This document shows, one piece after another, positions 59,735-64,000 of a DNA stretch of 64,000 bases; the stretch's first letter is position 1, and the number at the start of each line of letters is the position of its first letter. The notes under the pieces were generated by a model that had not been told where the DNA came from, did not search any database, and saw nothing but the letters and a program-made list of their open reading frames with translations. A program made the translations under genes and the position numbers. The DNA lies in NCBI GenBank assembly GCA_963663805.2, contig CAXXMR010000003.1, forward strand, positions 96,001 through 160,000, in the 5' to 3' direction. The stretch comes from Sedimentisphaerales bacterium (GTDB lineage: Bacteria > Planctomycetota > Phycisphaerae > Sedimentisphaerales > SM23-30).

Positions 59735-61134
59735 GTACATATCTGAATGAAAAAGCCATAGAACAGCTTAAAAATGGGGAATGGGAATATTTATCTCGAA
59801 GAATAATTGTTAGAAAAAATGATGATTCAATAACAATTGAGGGGCCAGGTGTTGTACAGCAAATTGGTCAAAAGTATTTTCGGATAATAATTTTTTCTGA
59901 CGAGTCAAATAATCAGAACATGAACACCATAATGAAGAACTTACTTGCTTCGAATAATAAAGCTGGTGAAATAATAGCCAATGCAGAGTTTTATGAGTTG
60001 GTTACTTGTGACGAAGGATGGAAAGCTCGCAACTTATGTGCTCCCAACATTGATTGCCCTAATGGTGTTTATGTTTTCATGTCTAATGAAATATACTCCG
60101 AAACAACAAATAATTCGAGGGGGAAAGAAGTTAGTGTCAAATTCACATCTTTTCACGAATACAGTGGGTATCCAACAAACAACACTCTTAGGACTTCAAA
60201 ATATACAGAAAAAGATGGCAAAGGGCAGAGTGGCTCTTATCGATGCGTTGCCGACACAGAGGTGCTTGAATATGATTTGCGTATCATTGCCTTTGATGGA
60301 GAGACAAATTACAGTCTGAAAACAACCGAACGGCTTTGTGATATTAATATTGAGAATCGCGTTATAGAGGCATTAGAGTTCGTTTTGGGCAAACCTTTTG
60401 AGTGGAATATAAAACGCGTTCTTACTCAGGACAAGAAACGTTTGCACATTCGACTTATCGAAAATCGTATTTCGTCGCAAGAAAAAAAGCCATATGCTAT
60501 ATATAAAGTGTGTAAGGATTCAGAGTTTGAGATGTTCTGGAATTTGTACAGCAAATTTCTTGCATACATATTAAAAGACGACACAGAGGGGTTCTCCAAA
60601 ATTGGGGGGATGTTAAGAAATCTGGCATGCCTGCGTTCGTCACGCCATATCTTGTCAGCATATGCCTTGTCGTTATCGGTAGCGATTGAAGAACTTATCT
60701 CTGGATATTTTGTAGAGGAAAGACCTGATGAACAACGGAATACTATAATTAAGAAACTTATTGAGCAGGTTGACGCCTTTTTGAAGGATCAAGCAATTGA
60801 GAGCAAATTAATAGACACTATTAAAAGTCATATCGGAAAACTTAAGAAAAATAGAGAGTATCCTAAGGCTACACTTCAACGCTTGATTGATGAAAAAAAG
60901 CTATTGGAAAGGAGAGTTGATTCGTGGGGATGCATTAGGCATAAGATAGCACACGGCAAACAATTAGAGATTACACAAGATAATATATGTCAAGTAGGAG
61001 ATTTAGAAACATTATTGTTTCGGCTAATCTTTTTGATAATAAATTATAATGGTTTATATAATGATTATGGTGAGTTAGGTTATCCGTTATTGAAAAATGA
61101 AGCCGCATTTTCCTTGAAGGATCAGGCCGATTAG
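59731..61134 (+). CDS. AT-rich protein with C-terminal HEPN-like Rx4H motif (ApeA-like)
   Basis: LSVAIE helix and RHKIAH at about 60937-60954; ATGA overlap with hsdS. Confidence 0.65.
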   Translation: MSTYLNEKAIEQLKNGEWEYLSRRIIVRKNDDSITIEGPGVVQQIGQKYFRIIIFSDESNNQNMNTIMKNLLASNNKAGEIIANAEFYELVTCDEGWKARNLCAPNIDCPNGVYVFMSNEIYSETTNNSRGKEVSVKFTSFHEYSGYPTNNTLRTSKYTEKDGKGQSGSYRCVADTEVLEYDLRIIAFDGETNYSLKTTERLCDINIENRVIEALEFVLGKPFEWNIKRVLTQDKKRLHIRLIENRISSQEKKPYAIYKVCKDSEFEMFWNLYSKFLAYILKDDTEGFSKIGGMLRNLACLRSSRHILSAYALSLSVAIEELISGYFVEERPDEQRNTIIKKLIEQVDAFLKDQAIESKLIDTIKSHIGKLKKNREYPKATLQRLIDEKKLLERRVDSWGCIRHKIAHGKQLEITQDNICQVGDLETLLFRLIFLIINYNGLYNDYGELGYPLLKNEAAFSLKDQAD

Positions 61135-62797
61135 AATTAGTTTGCACAATGCCCTCAGAGCATAAATGCGGAATAGAAATCGAACCATGACCAAAATAAC
61201 CGAATCAGACATTGAGAAGTTGGCCACTGAGAAGTTTGAGGAACAGGGGTATAGGTATGTGTATGGCCCGGACATTGCCCCTGACAGCGAAGAACCAGAG
61301 CGTGAATCATTTTCTGAAGTTCTGCTCCTGGACCGCCTGCGGACGGCCATAGACCGTATCAATCCGAAAATTCCCGCTTCCGCCCGCGAAGACGCTTTCA
61401 AGCAGGTCCAGCGACTTGGTTCGCCGGAACTGATAGTAAACAACGAGAACTTTCACCGAATGCTGACTGAGGGGATAACGGTTAAATATCAGGAAAACGG
61501 CCACGAGCGGGGGAACCTGGTATGGCTGATAGATTTTAATGACCCCGAAAATAATGATTTTCTGGCGGTTAATCAGTTCACCATAGTACGGGACCACATA
61601 AACAAGCGCCCCGACCTGATTTTGTTCGTGAACGGTCTGCCTTTGGTGGTAATGGAGCTAAAGAACCCTGCCGATGAAAACGCGACGGTTAAATCCGCCT
61701 ACAAGCAACTGCAAACTTATAAACAGGCCATCCCAAATCTTTTCACTTATAATGCTTTTCTGGTAATTTCCGATGGCCTGGAAGCCCGGGCTGGTTCGCT
61801 CTCGGCAGGTTTAAACCGATTTATGGCCTGGAAAACATCAGATGGCCAAAAGGAAGCATCTCGCCTCATCGGGCAGTTGGAAACCCTAATCAAGGGGATG
61901 CTCAATAAGAAAACGCTACTCGATCTTATCCGGCATTTTATTGTGTTTGAAAAGAGCAAAAAAGAAGATCGGCACACCGGGGTGATCACCATTGAGACGG
62001 TCAAAAAACTAGCGGCCTATCACCAATATTACGCTGTCAATAAAGCTGTGCACAATACGCTCCAAGCCGCCTCCCTGGCCGGCGACCGTAAAGGTGGAGT
62101 CATCTGGCATACCCAGGGTTCTGGCAAAAGCCTGTCGATGGTGTTTTATACCGGCAAGATCGTACTGGCTCTGGATAACCCCACGATTCTGATTATTACC
62201 GACCGTAACGACCTGGACGATCAGTTGTTCGACACCTTCGCTGGTTCCCGGCAGCTCCTGCGCCAAGAACCCATCCAGGCCGAAAACCGCGAAAGTTTAA
62301 AGCAATTGCTAAAAGTTGCTTCCGGTGGGGTGGTCTTTACCACTATCCAGAAATTCCAGCCGGATGAAGGTAGCGTTTACGAAACTCTTTCCGACCGCAA
62401 AAATATTGTAGTCATCGCCGATGAAGCCCACCGAACTCAATATGGCTTCAAGGCTAAAACCAGAAATGAAAAAGATGCCGAGGGCAATATCATCGGCAAA
62501 AAGACCGTTTACGGATTTGCCAAATACCTGCGTGATGCTCTGCCGAACGCTACCTATCTGGGTTTTACCGGTACTCCGATAGAAAGCACCGACATTAATA
62601 CCGCCAGGGTTTTTGGCGATTATGTTGACATCTATGACATCTCCCAGGCGATTGCCGATGGAGCAACCAAGCCAATTTACTACGAAAGCCGCCTGGCAAA
62701 AATCAATCTGAGCGAAGAAGGTAAGAAATTAATAGCTCAATGTGACCTGGAACTGGAAGCTGAGGACCTGGACAAAACCCAAAAAGCCAAAGCTAAA

Positions 62798-63390
62798 TCC
62801 AAGCTAATCCACCGGCTCTGCCGGTGAGAATTTATAAGGCTCTGCCGTTAAGTGCGTTACAATGGTCCTCCTTGAGGAAGGCTCCTGGGGTCAAGGAGGA
62901 CACTATGAAAGACTGGCAGAGTCAGGCCCATGTAAAATGGGACTGTAAGTATCATGTTGTTATTGTACCCAAATATCGTCGCAAAGCAATATTTGGTAAG
63001 TTGCGAAAGGAAATAGGTGCGATATTGCGAGAATTGTGCCGCCAATATGGGATAGAGCTTATAGAAGGTAACGCCATGGCAGACCATATTCATATGCTCC
63101 TGAGCGTTCCGCCCAAGTACAGCATCGCTATGACCATCGGTTATCTCAAAGGTAAAAGTGCCATCCGGATTTCTCGTGATCTGATGCGTACCAAAGGCAC
63201 TCTCTTTGGCCGCAGTTTTTGGTCTCGCGGTTATTGTGTAAGTACCGTTGGTCTTGATGAAGCCCATATTCGTAAGTACATTCAAGATCAGGACAAGCAT
63301 GAGCAAAATATTGAAAAAGGATTAGACTAACTGTAATGGCCCCTTTTAGGGGCCTTCCTCATACCACCGGCTCTGCCGGTGGTCATTGAT
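62798..63390 (+). mobile_element. IS200/IS605 family element (tnpA only), copy 3
   Basis: 593 bp, inserted after TAAA, no target duplication. Confidence 0.95.
62905..63330 (+). CDS. tnpA: IS200/IS605 Y1 transposase
   Basis: Protein identical to the 43135-43560 copy. Confidence 0.96.
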   Translation: MKDWQSQAHVKWDCKYHVVIVPKYRRKAIFGKLRKEIGAILRELCRQYGIELIEGNAMADHIHMLLSVPPKYSIAMTIGYLKGKSAIRISRDLMRTKGTLFGRSFWSRGYCVSTVGLDEAHIRKYIQDQDKHEQNIEKGLD

Positions 63391-64000
63391 TGGACCCAAC
63401 TGGAAGCCTTGGTAGGCAGCGATGCCCGCATTAAACAGGTAGCCGAAGATATCATTGCCCATTTTCAGTTGCGACAGGAAGCTTCTGAAGGCAAGGCTAT
63501 GATTGTTACTATGTCCCGCCGGATTGCCGCTGATCTTTATAAAGAAATTGTGGCCATAAGGCCTGACTGGCACCATGATGATCTTAACCAGGGCAGCATT
63601 AAAGTTGTTATGACCTCGTCTTCAGCTGATGGCCCGGAGATTTCCAGACATCATACCAGTAAGCAGCAGCGACGCAATCTGGCTGATCGCATGAAGGACA
63701 GTGAAGATGAATTAAAACTGGTTATTGTCTGTGATATGTGGCTGACCGGCTTTGATGTTCCCTGCCTCAATACGCTGTATATCGATAAGCCGATGAAGGG
63801 TCATAACCTTATGCAGGCCATTGCCCGGGTTAATCGGGTGTATAAGGACAAAGAAGGCGGACTGGTAGTTGACTATCTGGGGATAGCTTCCGATCTTAAG
63901 AAAGCTTTGTCTTTCTACGCCGACAGTGGCGGTAAAGGCGACCCGCTGGTACTTCAGGAAAAGGCCGTGCAGGTTATGCTGGAGAAACTGGAGATTGTTT

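Larger units (their letters stand above)
61187..64000 (+). pseudogene. hsdR: Type I R-M restriction subunit interrupted by IS200 (continues beyond the window)
   Basis: RPDL..ELK, WHTQGSGKS, DEAHR, FTGTP; KAKAK|WTQLEA rejoined by removing 62798-63390; [15 protein letters not shown]. Confidence 0.95.

Noticed and set aside
59731..61134. PrrC or RloC anticodon nuclease
   Set aside because: No Walker A or ABC-ATPase signature is visible, so it is kept only as a HEPN-like candidate.

Overview
Accessory, heavily rearranged 64-kb window, most likely from a Planctomycetota (Phycisphaerae-like) genome, judged from the DUF1559, planctomycete-type ECF/FecR, dockerin-like and PEP-CTERM genes. From left to right: (1) an IS66 truncated by an IS21; (2) a mosaic of intact and broken genes ending in a 5'-truncated mtnA and tRNA-Arg(TCT); (3) a 16.5-kb ECF sigma/FecR/DUF1559 locus with two paralogous large secreted proteins, a glycerophosphodiester phosphodiesterase and a GlpT/UhpC-type MFS transporter; (4) gene scraps, an AAA/DUF4143 gene, the 3' half of a tRNA-Gly (att-like) and a SWIM/SNF2 pair; (5) a capsid-less prophage remnant (about 34.1-55.9 kb) with a small-ORF array, two TA modules, a ParB-methyltransferase split by a group II intron, an iteron-like octamer cluster, a primase-helicase, a Mom-family gene and recombination genes; (6) a type I R-M operon with KilA-N and HEPN-motif accessory genes, whose hsdR is interrupted by one of three 593-bp IS200 copies. 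The most striking signal is a 73-nt tRNA-Gly(TCC)-like cloverleaf that overlaps the ribosome-binding site and start codon of the Mom-family gene. Several single-base homopolymer frameshifts may be sequencing errors. All family calls come from recognising motifs by eye; no searches were run.
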